64,000 nt of DNA from an uncultured Candidatus Saccharibacteria bacterium (GCA_964502615.1 CAZCXF010000002.1:24236-88235); one strand, 5' to 3'. Positions 17,673 to 28,839 are shown, counted from the first letter of the stretch. Numbers and translations are program-made. Notes: generated by a model from the letters alone, not told the origin.

Positions 17673-19145
17673 ATGGCTCATGGCGAAGTAGTAATAAGAT
17701 TTGAAAAAGTTTCATTTGAATATGGTCATAATAAACCGATACTAGATACGGTTGATTTTTCTATTAGAAGAGGAATGAAAGTTACTATCATGGGCCAAAA
17801 CGGTGCAGGGAAGAGTACGCTATTTTCTCTTATCACAGGAGCATTGCAACCCGAGAATGGAAACATACATCTAGCTCAAAGAACTACTATAGCTCTTTCT
17901 CGGCAAGTAATTCCTAGAGATGAACTTGATCTTACCGTACGTGCTTTTTTTGAAAAGTGTTTTAAACATAAAGTTTATGATATTGATCCAAAAATTGATG
18001 ATGTACTTGAGGTTGTTAACTTAAAGGGGCACGAAAAAGTTCACGATCGAGTAGTAAGGTCTTTTTCTGGAGGTCAACAAGCACGATTGCTTCTTGCAAG
18101 TGCTTTAATTCAAGAGCCAGATGTTTTACTTTTAGATGAACCGACAAACAATCTAGACAAAGCGGGAATTGCTCACCTCACAGATTTTCTTATCAAATAC
18201 AAAAAGACAGTTATTGTTATCTCACACGATGCACACTTTTTGAATGCGTTTACGGATGCAGTGCTCTATTTAGATGTTTATACTAGAAAGATTGAGCAAT
18301 ATGTTGGAAACTATACTGATGTTCGAGATCAAATAACTGTTCGTATGGAACGCGAGAATAGAAAAAATGCTCTTCTTTCAAAAGAGATTCAGGCAAAGAA
18401 AGATCAAGCCAATGCATTTGCTATGAAAGGAGGGAATCTTCGTGCTGTTGCCAAGCGCATGCGCGATTTAGCAGAAGAACTTGAAGAAGAAAAAGTAGAC
18501 GTAAGAAAAGAAGATAAAACAATCAGACCATTTAAAATACCTTTCCAAGGTGATTTGATAGGGGATATTTTAACACTTTCATCTGTTTCTATTCTTAAGA
18601 AAGGCAAGCCCTCAAAAAGAAAAGTAAGTCTATCTCTTCGTAAAAATAAACACTTATTGCTTTCAGGTCCAAATGGTATTGGAAAGAGTACTCTGCTCGA
18701 ATCGCTTGCAAATGGTGTTGCAGAGGGTTCAGTTATAGCAAAAGGAGTAAGAGTTGGATATTATCGTCAGGATTTTTCAACCTTAAATTTTGACCACACT
18801 GTTTTAGAATCACTTTCTGAAATTAGTCGTAATGTTACAGGGCGTGTTGATGAAGAGCATATTAGAGCTGTCGCAGCATCTTTTCTAATAACAGGAGATA
18901 TGGGTCATACTCGTATTGGTAGTCTATCCGAAGGACAAAAAGGTTTAGTTGCATTTGCGAGCTTAGTTTTATTGAAGCCTGGGTTATTAATTCTTGATGA
19001 ACCAACTAACCACATAAACTTTCGTCACTTACCAATTATTGCAAAAGCACTAGACGAGTATGAAGGTGCAATGATACTTGTTTCTCACGTACCAGAATTT
19101 GTCAGTCAAATTCGGATTGACGATATTTTAGATCTAGAAAAATAG
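17673..19145 (+). CDS. ABC-F family ATPase (two tandem ABC cassettes, no TM domain)
   Basis: Two Walker A motifs (GQNGAGKST, GPNGIGKST), two signature motifs (FSGGQQAR, LSEGQKG), and an inter-domain charged linker. Confidence 0.8.
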   Translation: MAHGEVVIRFEKVSFEYGHNKPILDTVDFSIRRGMKVTIMGQNGAGKSTLFSLITGALQPENGNIHLAQRTTIALSRQVIPRDELDLTVRAFFEKCFKHKVYDIDPKIDDVLEVVNLKGHEKVHDRVVRSFSGGQQARLLLASALIQEPDVLLLDEPTNNLDKAGIAHLTDFLIKYKKTVIVISHDAHFLNAFTDAVLYLDVYTRKIEQYVGNYTDVRDQITVRMERENRKNALLSKEIQAKKDQANAFAMKGGNLRAVAKRMRDLAEELEEEKVDVRKEDKTIRPFKIPFQGDLIGDILTLSSVSILKKGKPSKRKVSLSLRKNKHLLLSGPNGIGKSTLLESLANGVAEGSVIAKGVRVGYYRQDFSTLNFDHTVLESLSEISRNVTGRVDEEHIRAVAASFLITGDMGHTRIGSLSEGQKGLVAFASLVLLKPGLLILDEPTNHINFRHLPIIAKALDEYEGAMILVSHVPEFVSQIRIDDILDLEK

Positions 19146-19148
19146 AAA

Positions 19149-19700
19149 TTAATTAATTAATTTTACGTAAATATCATCAGTGTCAACTGCATTACATGCT
19201 CCTCCTAAGGTTGCGTTGTCAGTTGGATAATCTTGAACAGTATTCCTACCATAAGACACAACAACAGGGTAGCTTGCATCAATTGAGTTTTCGCAGATAT
19301 GATAGTCAGGGTCGAACACATAAGAAGTTCCCCATTGGTCTGTTGCAGATTCAGCATATGGTCCCTTCCATCTTGATATATCACCAGCGTTCCAACTGCA
19401 TGTTCCTGATGAGAAAATACTAGGTGCAGATATTATTCCAGAATTAGGGCTGGTTAGATTAACTTCAGGATTAGATGTCTGGTCTATAGGACAACCGTTT
19501 GGCCATTTTGAGGTATCATTTTCAAGCATTGTGATTGCGTTCCTTAAACTTTTTATTTCAAGAAGAGCTTTTACATTCTCAGCTTTTAGTTTAGCGTTAT
19601 TTAAAGAAATCATAATAACACTAGTAAGTATACCTATAATTGCAATAACAACTAGGAGTTCTAAAACAGTAAATCCACTATTTTTAGTTTTTGATATCAC
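19149..19700 (-). CDS. Type IV pilin-like protein (prepilin N-terminal domain)
   Basis: N-terminus NSGFTVLELLVVIAIIGILTSV. Confidence 0.75.
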   Translation of the reverse strand: MISKTKNSGFTVLELLVVIAIIGILTSVIMISLNNAKLKAENVKALLEIKSLRNAITMLENDTSKWPNGCPIDQTSNPEVNLTSPNSGIISAPSIFSSGTCSWNAGDISRWKGPYAESATDQWGTSYVFDPDYHICENSIDASYPVVVSYGRNTVQDYPTDNATLGGACNAVDTDDIYVKLIN

Positions 19701-19732
19701 CTATATATTTTAACTAAGTTTTTATAATAAAT

Positions 19733-21379
19733 CTACCTATTGCACTCTGGGTCAACTTTTACTTCGACAAATTTAAATAATTCGTTACAAAGGTTTTTTA
19801 TTGTCTTTCTATTTCTATATACATGCCCTTCTCCCTTGTAAGAAATAAGTTTTACATCTTTATTGTTTGATTTTAATTTATTGTATAGATCTGTTGCTTG
19901 CCAATAGGGAATTGTTCTATCTGCTACTCCTGCAATGATTTCTATTTTTTGGTTTCCAATATTATTTATTTTATTATATATAGAAGCTTGATCGTAAAGT
20001 GCGCGATTGTTTACATCTGGAAGCCCATTGAATTCAGTATTAAATATTGAATTTTGCATTTTAACAACGAGACTTTCCCAGTCAGTAACTCCATTTATAG
20101 AAACTACTCCATCAAATACATCTGGACGTTCGACTAAAGACTTCAAAGATAAATAGCCACCGTAGCTATTTCCCATTAAATAAACCTTACTAACTTTATA
20201 TTTATTTTTTATATAATCAATTGAGTTTAATACATCCAAAACATCACCCTTTCCAACGGACTCTTTAATAGATTCAGAATAAATCCTTCCAAAACCGATA
20301 CTGCCTCTATAATCCAATTTTAGTACTAGAAAATTATTCTTTGGGAAGAGTTTCAATATTGAATCATAAACTCCGTAACTATGGTATGGATGGTAGTTTA
20401 TACTTGTCTGTCTAACAGGTCCGCCGTGGAGCCATATAATTAGAGGATAAGATTTATCTTTTCTAATTTGTTTCGGTGGCATTAGTACACCACTCATGTT
20501 TCCTATAGTAACGACTTCCTCATTGCTGGTAGATTTTTTGGTGTTTATGTTAGGTATCCTAAAATTAGAAACCCTTTTACTTTTTGGATTATATATTTTA
20601 GGTCCATATCCAATATTCTGTAATCCATTAAAAACAATTACTGAACCAACTTTTCTCAATCTATCTACATAAGATACATCGTTTTCTATTACTTTATCTT
20701 CTCCTGTTTTTAGATTGAGTTGGTAGAGCGACCACTGATAAGGATTGTTTTTACTGTTGCCAATATAATATATGGTCTGTGAATCATAAAAAATGAAATC
20801 ATTTATAGTAAAAGCTGATGTAGAAATTTTTGAGCTGTTAATTTTGCTATTTACTAAGTTATTAGTTTCTACTTTATATAAAGACATATATCCGTCATTA
20901 TCATCCAAGTAAACTAATAGTTTATTGTCAGGAGAGAATTCATAAATTTTATTTAAATCCACTACCAAATCCCAATATGATCTAGTTTCATCAAGTCTAT
21001 AGTCTTTATTTTGTTTTATATCTTTTATTACAAAACTGCTAATATTATTACCTTTTTCTGGTGAAAGATAATAAGCTAGAAAATCTTCTGCTGGTGAGAG
21101 TGTTAAGTGCTCGGCTTTTTTCTCTAATAACTCTTTTTTTAGATCACTTTTTATAATTGAAATTTTCTCTCCACCCAAAGTGAATTTTTTAGTTTTTTCA
21201 CAAGCTAGTGTTGTGACACTACATATAAAATTAGTTTTATTCCCAATACCAGAGTATTGTATTAATACGTTATTTTTATTAGTAGAAATTGTAGTACCAT
21301 ATTCCACACTTAAAGCTTCGGCTCTTAATGAGCAGAATAGATATAAAAGTATTATCAGAGTGTACTTGGGTCTCAACAT
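19733..21379 (-). CDS. S9 family serine peptidase (prolyl oligopeptidase / dipeptidyl peptidase-like), secreted
   Basis: Signal peptide, N-terminal beta-propeller-like region, and a C-terminal alpha/beta hydrolase with GNSYGGY (GxSxGG) and downstream D/H. Confidence 0.75.
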   Translation of the reverse strand: MLRPKYTLIILLYLFCSLRAEALSVEYGTTISTNKNNVLIQYSGIGNKTNFICSVTTLACEKTKKFTLGGEKISIIKSDLKKELLEKKAEHLTLSPAEDFLAYYLSPEKGNNISSFVIKDIKQNKDYRLDETRSYWDLVVDLNKIYEFSPDNKLLVYLDDNDGYMSLYKVETNNLVNSKINSSKISTSAFTINDFIFYDSQTIYYIGNSKNNPYQWSLYQLNLKTGEDKVIENDVSYVDRLRKVGSVIVFNGLQNIGYGPKIYNPKSKRVSNFRIPNINTKKSTSNEEVVTIGNMSGVLMPPKQIRKDKSYPLIIWLHGGPVRQTSINYHPYHSYGVYDSILKLFPKNNFLVLKLDYRGSIGFGRIYSESIKESVGKGDVLDVLNSIDYIKNKYKVSKVYLMGNSYGGYLSLKSLVERPDVFDGVVSINGVTDWESLVVKMQNSIFNTEFNGLPDVNNRALYDQASIYNKINNIGNQKIEIIAGVADRTIPYWQATDLYNKLKSNNKDVKLISYKGEGHVYRNRKTIKNLCNELFKFVEVKVDPECNR

Positions 21380-21401
21380 ATCTATATAGTATAGTAGAAG
21401 G

Positions 21402-22028
21402 GTGGATACGCAAAATAAGCACCAAAAAGAACTTGTTATAGTTCAAATACTATACCTTTATATAATACCGACACTCCTACTGTTTTATCGTGTTATTCCT
21501 GGAGAATTTAGAGTCACAATGCTCTTTCTAATTTCGTTACTTATGTATGGTATCATCAAGCGTTCTGGCTGGACTTATTCTGATATGGGTTTGAAGAAAG
21601 GTTTTTTAAAAGATTTCTTACCCTACCTTATTTTTACTGTTATTGGGGTAATAACTTTAGTTGTTATATCAGAAGTAGTACCACAGATAGAAAACAGACA
21701 GGTATACGAATGGTGGGAAGACGTAAGATTTTTAGTATTGTTTGTTCCGATTAGCGTATTGCAAGAAATAGTTTTTAGAGGAATATTGATGCATATGTTA
21801 AGGAAAGCATTTAATAATGTACCCTTCGTTATTTTCTTAAATGCATCTCTGTTTGCTCTTATACATATTATATACATCAATACTGATATTGTTTTACCAC
21901 TTACGTTTATTGGAGGAATAGGATTCGCTGTCATGTATTATAAATATCCGAATCTTGTTATGATTTCTATTTCTCATACAATACTTAATTTTACAGCTAT
22001 GATACTTGGATTCTTTGTTGTTAGATAA
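21402..22028 (+). CDS. CPBP family intramembrane metalloprotease (CAAX protease-like)
   Basis: EExxxR (QEIVFRG), FxxxH (FALIH) and HxxxN (HTILN) motifs in TM helices. Confidence 0.75.
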   Translation: MDTQNKHQKELVIVQILYLYIIPTLLLFYRVIPGEFRVTMLFLISLLMYGIIKRSGWTYSDMGLKKGFLKDFLPYLIFTVIGVITLVVISEVVPQIENRQVYEWWEDVRFLVLFVPISVLQEIVFRGILMHMLRKAFNNVPFVIFLNASLFALIHIIYINTDIVLPLTFIGGIGFAVMYYKYPNLVMISISHTILNFTAMILGFFVVR

Positions 22029-22086
22029 ATATTGACAATTAGTTTTATTTTTTTAATATTTATTATATAAGCTAATATAAATATAT

Positions 22087-23388
22087 ATGCAAAACTCAAA
22101 TTTAAATAAAGAAAAAATCAATAAAATGCTCAAAGACCCAGTCGTTCGAACGGTTATTGTAAGTTTTCTAACAATCGTTGTAACACTTGGATTAATAGCT
22201 TTAGCTGCTTGGTACTATAGAGATCAGATTTTTAAAGTTTTAGCTAAAAATTATTCGGCACAGCTTTCTCCTAAAGCGGATAATTTAGTATTTAATCCAC
22301 AATCTAAAGAAGAATCAAAAGTAGAAACAGTTGTTAATCCCGAAGATACAGTTGTTAGTTCAGTTAAAAAAGCAAAGCCAGCCGTAGTTTCTATTATTGT
22401 AAGTAAAGATGTTCCTAAATATGATGTCACATACGATCAGAGTAGTGATCCGTTTGGTGGGCTTTTCCCAGGATTTTTCCAGACACCAATCTACAAACAA
22501 AACGGAACTGAAAGAAAACAAATCGGTAGCGGTTCAGGATTCCTTATTTCTTCAGATGGAATGATCGTAACAAATAAGCACGTGGTGGCTGATACGGATG
22601 CGATATATGAAGTTCAATTAAATAATGGTAAAAAATACACTGCAAGAGTTCTTGCACGTGACGGAGTTCTTGATGTTGCTCTAGTTAAAATAAGTGCAAA
22701 TGATTTACCATATCTTAATCTTGCTGACTCAGATACTTTAGATGTAGGGGAAACGGTTATTGCAATAGGAAATGCTCTTGGAGAATTCAAAAATACGGTT
22801 TCAGTTGGAGTTGTTTCAGGACTTTCTCGTTCAGTTGTAGCTGGGAATGGTATGGGTATGTCTGAGAGACTTGATAAAGTTATTCAGACAGATGCTGCAA
22901 TTAATCCGGGAAATTCTGGAGGGCCACTTCTAAATATTCACGGAGAAGTTATAGGTATAAATGTCGCTGTTGTTCAAGGTTCTTCAAATGTTGGATTTGC
23001 GCTACCAATAAATAGCGTAAAAGGTGCTATTAACTCTGTAAAAACAACTGGAAAAATTGTAAGACCTTATGTTGGAGTAAGATATATTCCTGTAACCGCT
23101 GATTTGAAAGCAAAAAATAAACTTACTGTTGATTACGGAGTTTTGGTGCAAAGAGGAGTAAATCAATCTGACATAGCAGTCATTCCTGGGTCACCAGCTG
23201 ACAAAGCTGGGATTGTTGAGAATGATATTATTCTTGAAATAGGGGGAGTAAAAATTGATGAAGATCAGAGTTTCTCTAATCTAATTAGAGATAAAAAAGT
23301 AGGGGATTATGTAACATTTAAAGTTTTATCTAAAGGTATAGAAAAAATGGTAACCCTTCGTCTAGAAGCTGCACCAGATAACTTGTAA
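22087..23388 (+). CDS. HtrA/DegP-family serine protease with C-terminal PDZ domain
   Basis: N-terminal TM anchor. Catalytic His, Asp and Ser (GNSGGPL). PDZ-like C-terminus. Confidence 0.85.
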   Translation: MQNSNLNKEKINKMLKDPVVRTVIVSFLTIVVTLGLIALAAWYYRDQIFKVLAKNYSAQLSPKADNLVFNPQSKEESKVETVVNPEDTVVSSVKKAKPAVVSIIVSKDVPKYDVTYDQSSDPFGGLFPGFFQTPIYKQNGTERKQIGSGSGFLISSDGMIVTNKHVVADTDAIYEVQLNNGKKYTARVLARDGVLDVALVKISANDLPYLNLADSDTLDVGETVIAIGNALGEFKNTVSVGVVSGLSRSVVAGNGMGMSERLDKVIQTDAAINPGNSGGPLLNIHGEVIGINVAVVQGSSNVGFALPINSVKGAINSVKTTGKIVRPYVGVRYIPVTADLKAKNKLTVDYGVLVQRGVNQSDIAVIPGSPADKAGIVENDIILEIGGVKIDEDQSFSNLIRDKKVGDYVTFKVLSKGIEKMVTLRLEAAPDNL

Positions 23389-23426
23389 TAGTTGTCTTTA
23401 ACATTCTTTGGGAGTATATTTAACCT

Positions 23427-23909
23427 ATGAAGAAATCAGCAAAAAAAGCTACTCCTCGTAAAGCAACATCCTGGGATGAGACATTTATGCGCATGGCCCA
23501 TGTTATATCTGATAGATCTAAAGATCCTTCTACTCAAGTAGGTTCAGTAATTGTAGACAAAGACAATGTAGTGGTCGGTTTAGGATATAATGGTTTTCCT
23601 AGAGGAATCAAAAACACCGATTTACCTTGGGATAAAGATGGAAGTCTAGAAAACACAAAATACGCTTACATTTGTCACGCAGAAGAGAATGCAATTTATA
23701 ATGCAAACAATTCTACCAAAAATTGTGTTTTATACTCTACATTATTTCCTTGCAACGAATGCGCTAAGACTATAATACAAAACGGGATAAAAGAAGTTGT
23801 TTATGAAGATGATAAATATAAAAATACTCCCGGACATGTGGCTTCCATAAGAATGTTTAAATTAGCCAAAGTTAGTTTTAGAAAATATAAAAGTAATATG
23901 AAAAAATAA
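23427..23909 (+). CDS. Deoxycytidylate (dCMP) deaminase
   Basis: Zinc-binding HAEENAI ... PCNECAK motifs of the CMP/dCMP deaminase family. Confidence 0.8.
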   Translation: MKKSAKKATPRKATSWDETFMRMAHVISDRSKDPSTQVGSVIVDKDNVVVGLGYNGFPRGIKNTDLPWDKDGSLENTKYAYICHAEENAIYNANNSTKNCVLYSTLFPCNECAKTIIQNGIKEVVYEDDKYKNTPGHVASIRMFKLAKVSFRKYKSNMKK

Positions 23910-23910
23910 T

Positions 23911-24240
23911 ATGGTAGATTTAAAAGAATTACAAAAGGAAGTAATGCGAAACAAATTAGAAAAAGGTTTTAACACTACTGATGTTGCGCTTGAATTTTGT
24001 CGTGCACACGAAGAATTATCTGAAGCCTTTTCAAAATACAATAAGAACCAAGACGGTGTAGCTGAAGAATTCGCTGATGTCGCTGTTTTTTTACTTGGTA
24101 TGTGTGAAATACTAGGATATGACCTTGAAAAAGAACTTGTACGCAAAATCGAAATAAATAAAAATAGAAAATATAAAAAAATAAAATCTCCAGATGGAAA
24201 AGATATTTTTATTAGAGAAAAATCCGATCTAGATCCATAA
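23911..24240 (+). CDS. MazG-like nucleotide pyrophosphohydrolase (small all-alpha NTP-PPase)
   Basis: EFCRAHEELSEAF ... EEFADVAVFLLGMCEILGYDLE matches the MazG-type EExxE/D motifs. Confidence 0.7.
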   Translation: MVDLKELQKEVMRNKLEKGFNTTDVALEFCRAHEELSEAFSKYNKNQDGVAEEFADVAVFLLGMCEILGYDLEKELVRKIEINKNRKYKKIKSPDGKDIFIREKSDLDP

Positions 24241-24241
24241 A

Positions 24242-24268
24242 AAATCCGCTTAACACTAAGCGGATTTT
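24242..24268. terminator. Bidirectional terminator between the MazG-like gene (+) and folA (-)
   Basis: AAAAAATCCGCTTAACACTAAGCGGATTTTTT. Confidence 0.7.
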
Positions 24269-24768
24269 TTATATTCTACAAATGAATAAGGAACTGAGTT
24301 ATCTAAGTAATCCTCTCTTCTAGTTTCTTCCCATATATTTTTGTCTATATTAGGGAATAGAGTGTCACCATCAAAGTCTTGGTGGATTTCAGTTATATAG
24401 AGTTTATTTGCTTTTTCTATTGCTTGTTTATATATCTCTCCACCACCAATAACAAAAACCTCTACTTCTTCTTGGTTTTCTTCAAATTCACGTCCTTGTT
24501 CAAGAGATGCTAGGCGCAGTGCTTCTTCGAGTGAGTTCACTACCTCTATTCCTTCTACAGAATAAGTTGCATCACGAGTTATAACAATATTTCTTCTATT
24601 TGGTAATGGCTTACCAATACTTTCATATGTTTTTCTGCCCATTATTACAGTATGTCCACGAGTAGTATCTCGAAAATGTTTCATATCTTCGGGTAAATCC
24701 CAAAGCAAAGTATTACCTCCGCCTATAACATCATTTTTCGCAACTGCCGCAATTAGAGATAGAATCAT
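24256..24768 (-). CDS. folA: Dihydrofolate reductase
   Basis: MILSLIAAVAKNDVIGGGNTLLWDLPEDMKHF ... VIMGRKTYESIG is the canonical DHFR N-terminus. Confidence 0.85.
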   Translation of the reverse strand: MILSLIAAVAKNDVIGGGNTLLWDLPEDMKHFRDTTRGHTVIMGRKTYESIGKPLPNRRNIVITRDATYSVEGIEVVNSLEEALRLASLEQGREFEENQEEVEVFVIGGGEIYKQAIEKANKLYITEIHQDFDGDTLFPNIDKNIWEETRREDYLDNSVPYSFVEYKKSA

Positions 24769-24771
24769 ATA

Positions 24772-25713
24772 TTAAACAGCAATAGGTGCTTTAATAGCAT
24801 CGTGAGGATTATAATCTACTAATTCAAAATCTTCAATTGTAAAGTCTTCAATGTTCTTTATGTTGGGATTTATTTTTAGAGTTGGCATTGGTCTGATATC
24901 ATTTTTTCTTGAAAGTTGTAAATCAGCTTGCTCTAGGTGATTTACATACAAATGGGTATCTCCACCAGTCCAGACAAATTCACCAACTTCAAGTCCTGTA
25001 ACTTGAGCGATGATCATAGTAAGAAGTGAGTAGGAGGCAATATTAAACGGAACTCCCAAAAATGTATCACAACTTCTTTGGTAAAGTTGGCAAGAAAGTT
25101 TACCGTTTGCGACGTAGAATTGAAACAGACAATGACATGGTGGTAAACCAGCTTTTGCCATCTCATCTATATCGGCAACATTCCACGCCGATACTATAAG
25201 CCTACGAGAATCTGGAGAATTTTTTATCTGATCGATTACATTTTTTAGTTGATCAATATGACCACCGTTTGGGGTTGGCCAGTTACGCCATTGATATCCA
25301 TAAATTGGTCCAAGGTTGCCGTATTCTTTTGCAAAACTTTCTTCTGATTTTATTCTTTCAACAAACTCTTTTATGCCTTTGTTCCATTCTTCGCTTCCAG
25401 TTTTTGGTACATTAATATTATTTTTTATTAGATAAGCCTTATAAGGCCATTCATCCCATATATGGACATTGTTATCTGCTAAGTATTTTAAATTTGTATC
25501 ACCACGGAGAAACCAAATGAGTTCATGAATGATGGCTTTGATAGGTAATTTTTTAGTAGTTAGAAGAGGAAAACCTTTAGATAAATCAAAACGCATTTGA
25601 TGTCCAAGAAGTGATAGGGTACCTGTGCCTGTACGGTCTGTTTTTTTAACTCCCTCACGCTTTATGCGCTCTACTAGATCAAGGTATATTAGGTCTACAT
25701 GCTCTTCTTTCAT
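24772..25713 (-). CDS. thyA: Thymidylate synthase (ThyA type)
   Basis: Active-site [12 protein letters not shown] motif plus other conserved ThyA blocks. Confidence 0.9.
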   Translation of the reverse strand: MKEEHVDLIYLDLVERIKREGVKKTDRTGTGTLSLLGHQMRFDLSKGFPLLTTKKLPIKAIIHELIWFLRGDTNLKYLADNNVHIWDEWPYKAYLIKNNINVPKTGSEEWNKGIKEFVERIKSEESFAKEYGNLGPIYGYQWRNWPTPNGGHIDQLKNVIDQIKNSPDSRRLIVSAWNVADIDEMAKAGLPPCHCLFQFYVANGKLSCQLYQRSCDTFLGVPFNIASYSLLTMIIAQVTGLEVGEFVWTGGDTHLYVNHLEQADLQLSRKNDIRPMPTLKINPNIKNIEDFTIEDFELVDYNPHDAIKAPIAV

Positions 25714-25844
25714 AGTTTTATTATACAGTTTTTGCTTTCTTGTTCAACGTGCTAAAATAAGGTCATTAAATAGCTTTAAAATATATGATCTAACGCCCTA
25801 AAACTTCTAATTTACTAACTAATGCGCAAAGCGCTATTTAAACC

Positions 25845-27023
25845 ATGAAAGACAAACAAGTAGAAAAACTTATAAAAGCAGAAGAAAAAAGACAAAAAAG
25901 TGTTATCAATCTCATAGCCTCCGAGAACTATGTTTCAGATGATGTACTAAAAGCGTTGGGCTCAAAACTTACAAATAAATATGCTGAAGGTTATCCGGGC
26001 AGGCGATATTATGGTGGAAACGAAGTTATAGATAAAGTTGAGCAACTTTGTATTGATCGCGCGCTAAAACTATTTAAACTTAAAAAAGAAAATTGGCATG
26101 TAAATGCACAGCTTCTCTCTGGTAGCCCTGCAAACTTTGCACTTTACTCTGCGCTCGTACCTCTAGGTGGTAAGATTATGGGCATGAAGCTTACTTCTGG
26201 CGGCCATCTTACTCATGGTCACCCACTTTCGATGACTGGAAAACTTTGGAAGCCACTGCAATTTGAACTCGATGCAAAAACAGAAATGATAGATTACAAA
26301 GCACTTGAATCTCTTGCTCAAGTTGAGCGCCCAGATATTATTGTCGCAGGATTCACAGCGTATCCACGAACTGTTGATTTTAAAAAGTTTCGTTCGATTG
26401 CGGATAAATGCGGAGCGTTACTTCATGTAGATATGTCACACTTCGCAGGACTTGTGGCAGGCGGAGTATACCCATCTCCATTTCCATACGCTGACTCTGT
26501 TATGACTACAACTCATAAATCTCTTCGTGGTCCAAGGCAAGCTCTTCTTTTTGTAAAAAAAGATGCAAGAGAATTTGATAAAAAGTTAGACAAAATGGTA
26601 ATCCCAGGACTATTTGGTGGTCCCCATGAGAACAATATCGCAGCTGTTGCTATAGCGCTCAAAGAAGCAGATACACCGGCATTTAAAAAGTATGCAAAGC
26701 AAGTCGTAAAGAATGCTCAAACTCTAGCAAATGAACTTCAAAAACTTGGTTGGCATATTATTTCTGGAGGTACAGATTCCCATCTTATCCTTATGGATAC
26801 TTGGATGAATGGAAAAGGAGTGTCTGGTAGTGATGCTAGTAAACGCCTCGAAAAAGCTGGAATCATAGTGAATATGAATACAATCCCAGGAGACCCTCGC
26901 TCTGTCATGGATCCATCAGGAATTCGTCTTGGAACTTGTGCAGAGACAACAATAGGCAAAAAAGAAAAAGACATGAAAAAAATTGCTCACAAGATAGATA
27001 AAATTCTAAAAGGAAAGAAATAA
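25845..27023 (+). CDS. glyA: Serine hydroxymethyltransferase
   Basis: PLP-lysine motif TTTHKSLRGPR and SHMT-wide similarity. Confidence 0.9.
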   Translation: MKDKQVEKLIKAEEKRQKSVINLIASENYVSDDVLKALGSKLTNKYAEGYPGRRYYGGNEVIDKVEQLCIDRALKLFKLKKENWHVNAQLLSGSPANFALYSALVPLGGKIMGMKLTSGGHLTHGHPLSMTGKLWKPLQFELDAKTEMIDYKALESLAQVERPDIIVAGFTAYPRTVDFKKFRSIADKCGALLHVDMSHFAGLVAGGVYPSPFPYADSVMTTTHKSLRGPRQALLFVKKDAREFDKKLDKMVIPGLFGGPHENNIAAVAIALKEADTPAFKKYAKQVVKNAQTLANELQKLGWHIISGGTDSHLILMDTWMNGKGVSGSDASKRLEKAGIIVNMNTIPGDPRSVMDPSGIRLGTCAETTIGKKEKDMKKIAHKIDKILKGKK

Positions 27024-27024
27024 T

Positions 27025-27705
27025 ATGAATTTAAAAGATAAAGTAGTGGTAATAACTGGCGGGACAAAAGGTCTTGGAAAAGCTATGTCTGATATTTGCG
27101 CAGAGCGCGGTGCAAATGTTGTTATCAGTTCTCATACACATACACCCGAATCTAATAATGAAAAAATAACAGGAGTCCAATCAGATGTACGGAAAGAAGA
27201 AGACATAAAAAAACTTAAAGATTTTGCGTTAGAAAAATTTGGGAAGATTGACGTATGGATAAATAACGCTGGAGTTTGGTATCCTCATATGTCTATTGAA
27301 GAATCTGATATGGATCGTGTTCACGATGTATTTGAAATAAATGTATTTGGAGTTATGTATGGTTCACGTGCCGCTATGACAGAAATGCGAAAACAAGGAA
27401 ATGGAATTATTATGAATATAATTTCTTCAGCTGCTCTTGGTGGACGTCCTACACTTTCTGGATATTCAGCAAGTAAATTTGCAGAAGATGGTTTTACCAA
27501 AGCCCTTCGTATGGAGCTTGATGGAAGTGGTGTAAAAGTTGTTGCAGTTTATCCTGGAGGTATGAGAACAAATCTTTTTGATGAAGCAAAACCGGCTGAT
27601 TTTAATGACTATATGGACCCAAATGATGTAGCAGAAAAAATAATTGCAAATATTGAATTAGAAAATCCAGAAGAGGATCAGATATTAAAAAGACCAAAAC
27701 AATAG
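27025..27705 (+). CDS. SDR-family short-chain dehydrogenase/reductase
   Basis: TGGTKGLGKA Rossmann motif, NNAG, and a catalytic YxxxK equivalent (YSASK). Confidence 0.75.
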   Translation: MNLKDKVVVITGGTKGLGKAMSDICAERGANVVISSHTHTPESNNEKITGVQSDVRKEEDIKKLKDFALEKFGKIDVWINNAGVWYPHMSIEESDMDRVHDVFEINVFGVMYGSRAAMTEMRKQGNGIIMNIISSAALGGRPTLSGYSASKFAEDGFTKALRMELDGSGVKVVAVYPGGMRTNLFDEAKPADFNDYMDPNDVAEKIIANIELENPEEDQILKRPKQ

Positions 27706-27706
27706 T

Positions 27707-28105
27707 ATGAATCTTCAAGTTGGTGTAAAAATTTTACTTAAGAATAAAGAAGGAAAATATCTTCTTGTTAGGCGTTCGGTAGAAAAATATCCTGAAGTTG
27801 GAGCAAAATGGGATATAGTTGGCGGGCGCATTGATCCCGGCAGTTCGCTTATGGATAATTTAAAAAGGGAAGTAAAGGAAGAAACCGGTCTTGGAATAAA
27901 TGGAAAACCAAAATTGATTGAAGCTCAAGATATCCTTCGTATAGAAGATAAACACGTAGTACGCCTTACATATATAGGTGAAGCAGATGGAGAGGTAATA
28001 TTAAGCGACGAGCACGATCAATATGGCTGGTTCTCAGTAGATGAAATGGATAAACTAGAACCGATGGATATATACTTTAAAGAAGTTATTAGTTTAATAA
28101 AATAA
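27707..28105 (+). CDS. NUDIX hydrolase
   Basis: Nudix box GGRIDPGSSLMDNLKREVKEETGL. Confidence 0.75.
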   Translation: MNLQVGVKILLKNKEGKYLLVRRSVEKYPEVGAKWDIVGGRIDPGSSLMDNLKREVKEETGLGINGKPKLIEAQDILRIEDKHVVRLTYIGEADGEVILSDEHDQYGWFSVDEMDKLEPMDIYFKEVISLIK

Positions 28106-28106
28106 T

Positions 28107-28835
28107 ATGGATCAAAAAAAATTTGAACAATCATTATCTAATTTACAACAATCTGAAGGAGAAATAAAATATCTCAAGCATTTAGAAGAGCCTATCATAA
28201 AAGACTATGATCAATTGGCTACATCCTTAAAAGATGCCTTAAATCAGTTTCCTAGTTCTATGATGATAAATCTATATACAGATGAACAATTAGTAGAAAA
28301 AACTAAAGAAACACCAAGGTTGCATCTTGATGAATATTTAAAAACCCAGAATAAAGTTATTGATAGTGAATTTTACAAAGATCAGAATGTTATTGATACC
28401 GTGAATCAGTATAATGCTTTTATTGATGAGATAAAAAAATGCTCTTCCAAGAAAAATTTTAGCGACTTATATGAAAAAGTTCAAAAATTTTCACAAGATA
28501 TTAGACAGAGATTATTTACGTATATAAGAAACAAAGAACAGTTTAGAAAAGTTTTCTATGAGATGAAAGATCAATTCGAAGGCATAAAACAAGACGTTAT
28601 TAATGAATTACCCTTCGATCAAATAAAAGGAAATAATAAAAATAGAAAATATAAAACCTTCAAGGAATTGTTAGAATCAAATAAAAAAATTCTCTCTGAA
28701 GATTTGATGAAACAAGACTCTTATAAATTATTAGTCACAGATTTCGATGATATAGTAATAAGATTAAAGTCTCTGAAAACCGAAGAAGAACTACATCAGA
28801 TAATAGAAGAGATTAATGAATTTCTAAATATTTAA
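28107..28835 (+). CDS. Hypothetical charged/coiled-coil protein
   Basis: No recognisable motifs. Embedded between Nudix genes with 1-4 nt spacing, so likely co-transcribed. Confidence 0.45.
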   Translation: MDQKKFEQSLSNLQQSEGEIKYLKHLEEPIIKDYDQLATSLKDALNQFPSSMMINLYTDEQLVEKTKETPRLHLDEYLKTQNKVIDSEFYKDQNVIDTVNQYNAFIDEIKKCSSKKNFSDLYEKVQKFSQDIRQRLFTYIRNKEQFRKVFYEMKDQFEGIKQDVINELPFDQIKGNNKNRKYKTFKELLESNKKILSEDLMKQDSYKLLVTDFDDIVIRLKSLKTEEELHQIIEEINEFLNI

Positions 28836-28839
28836 TTAT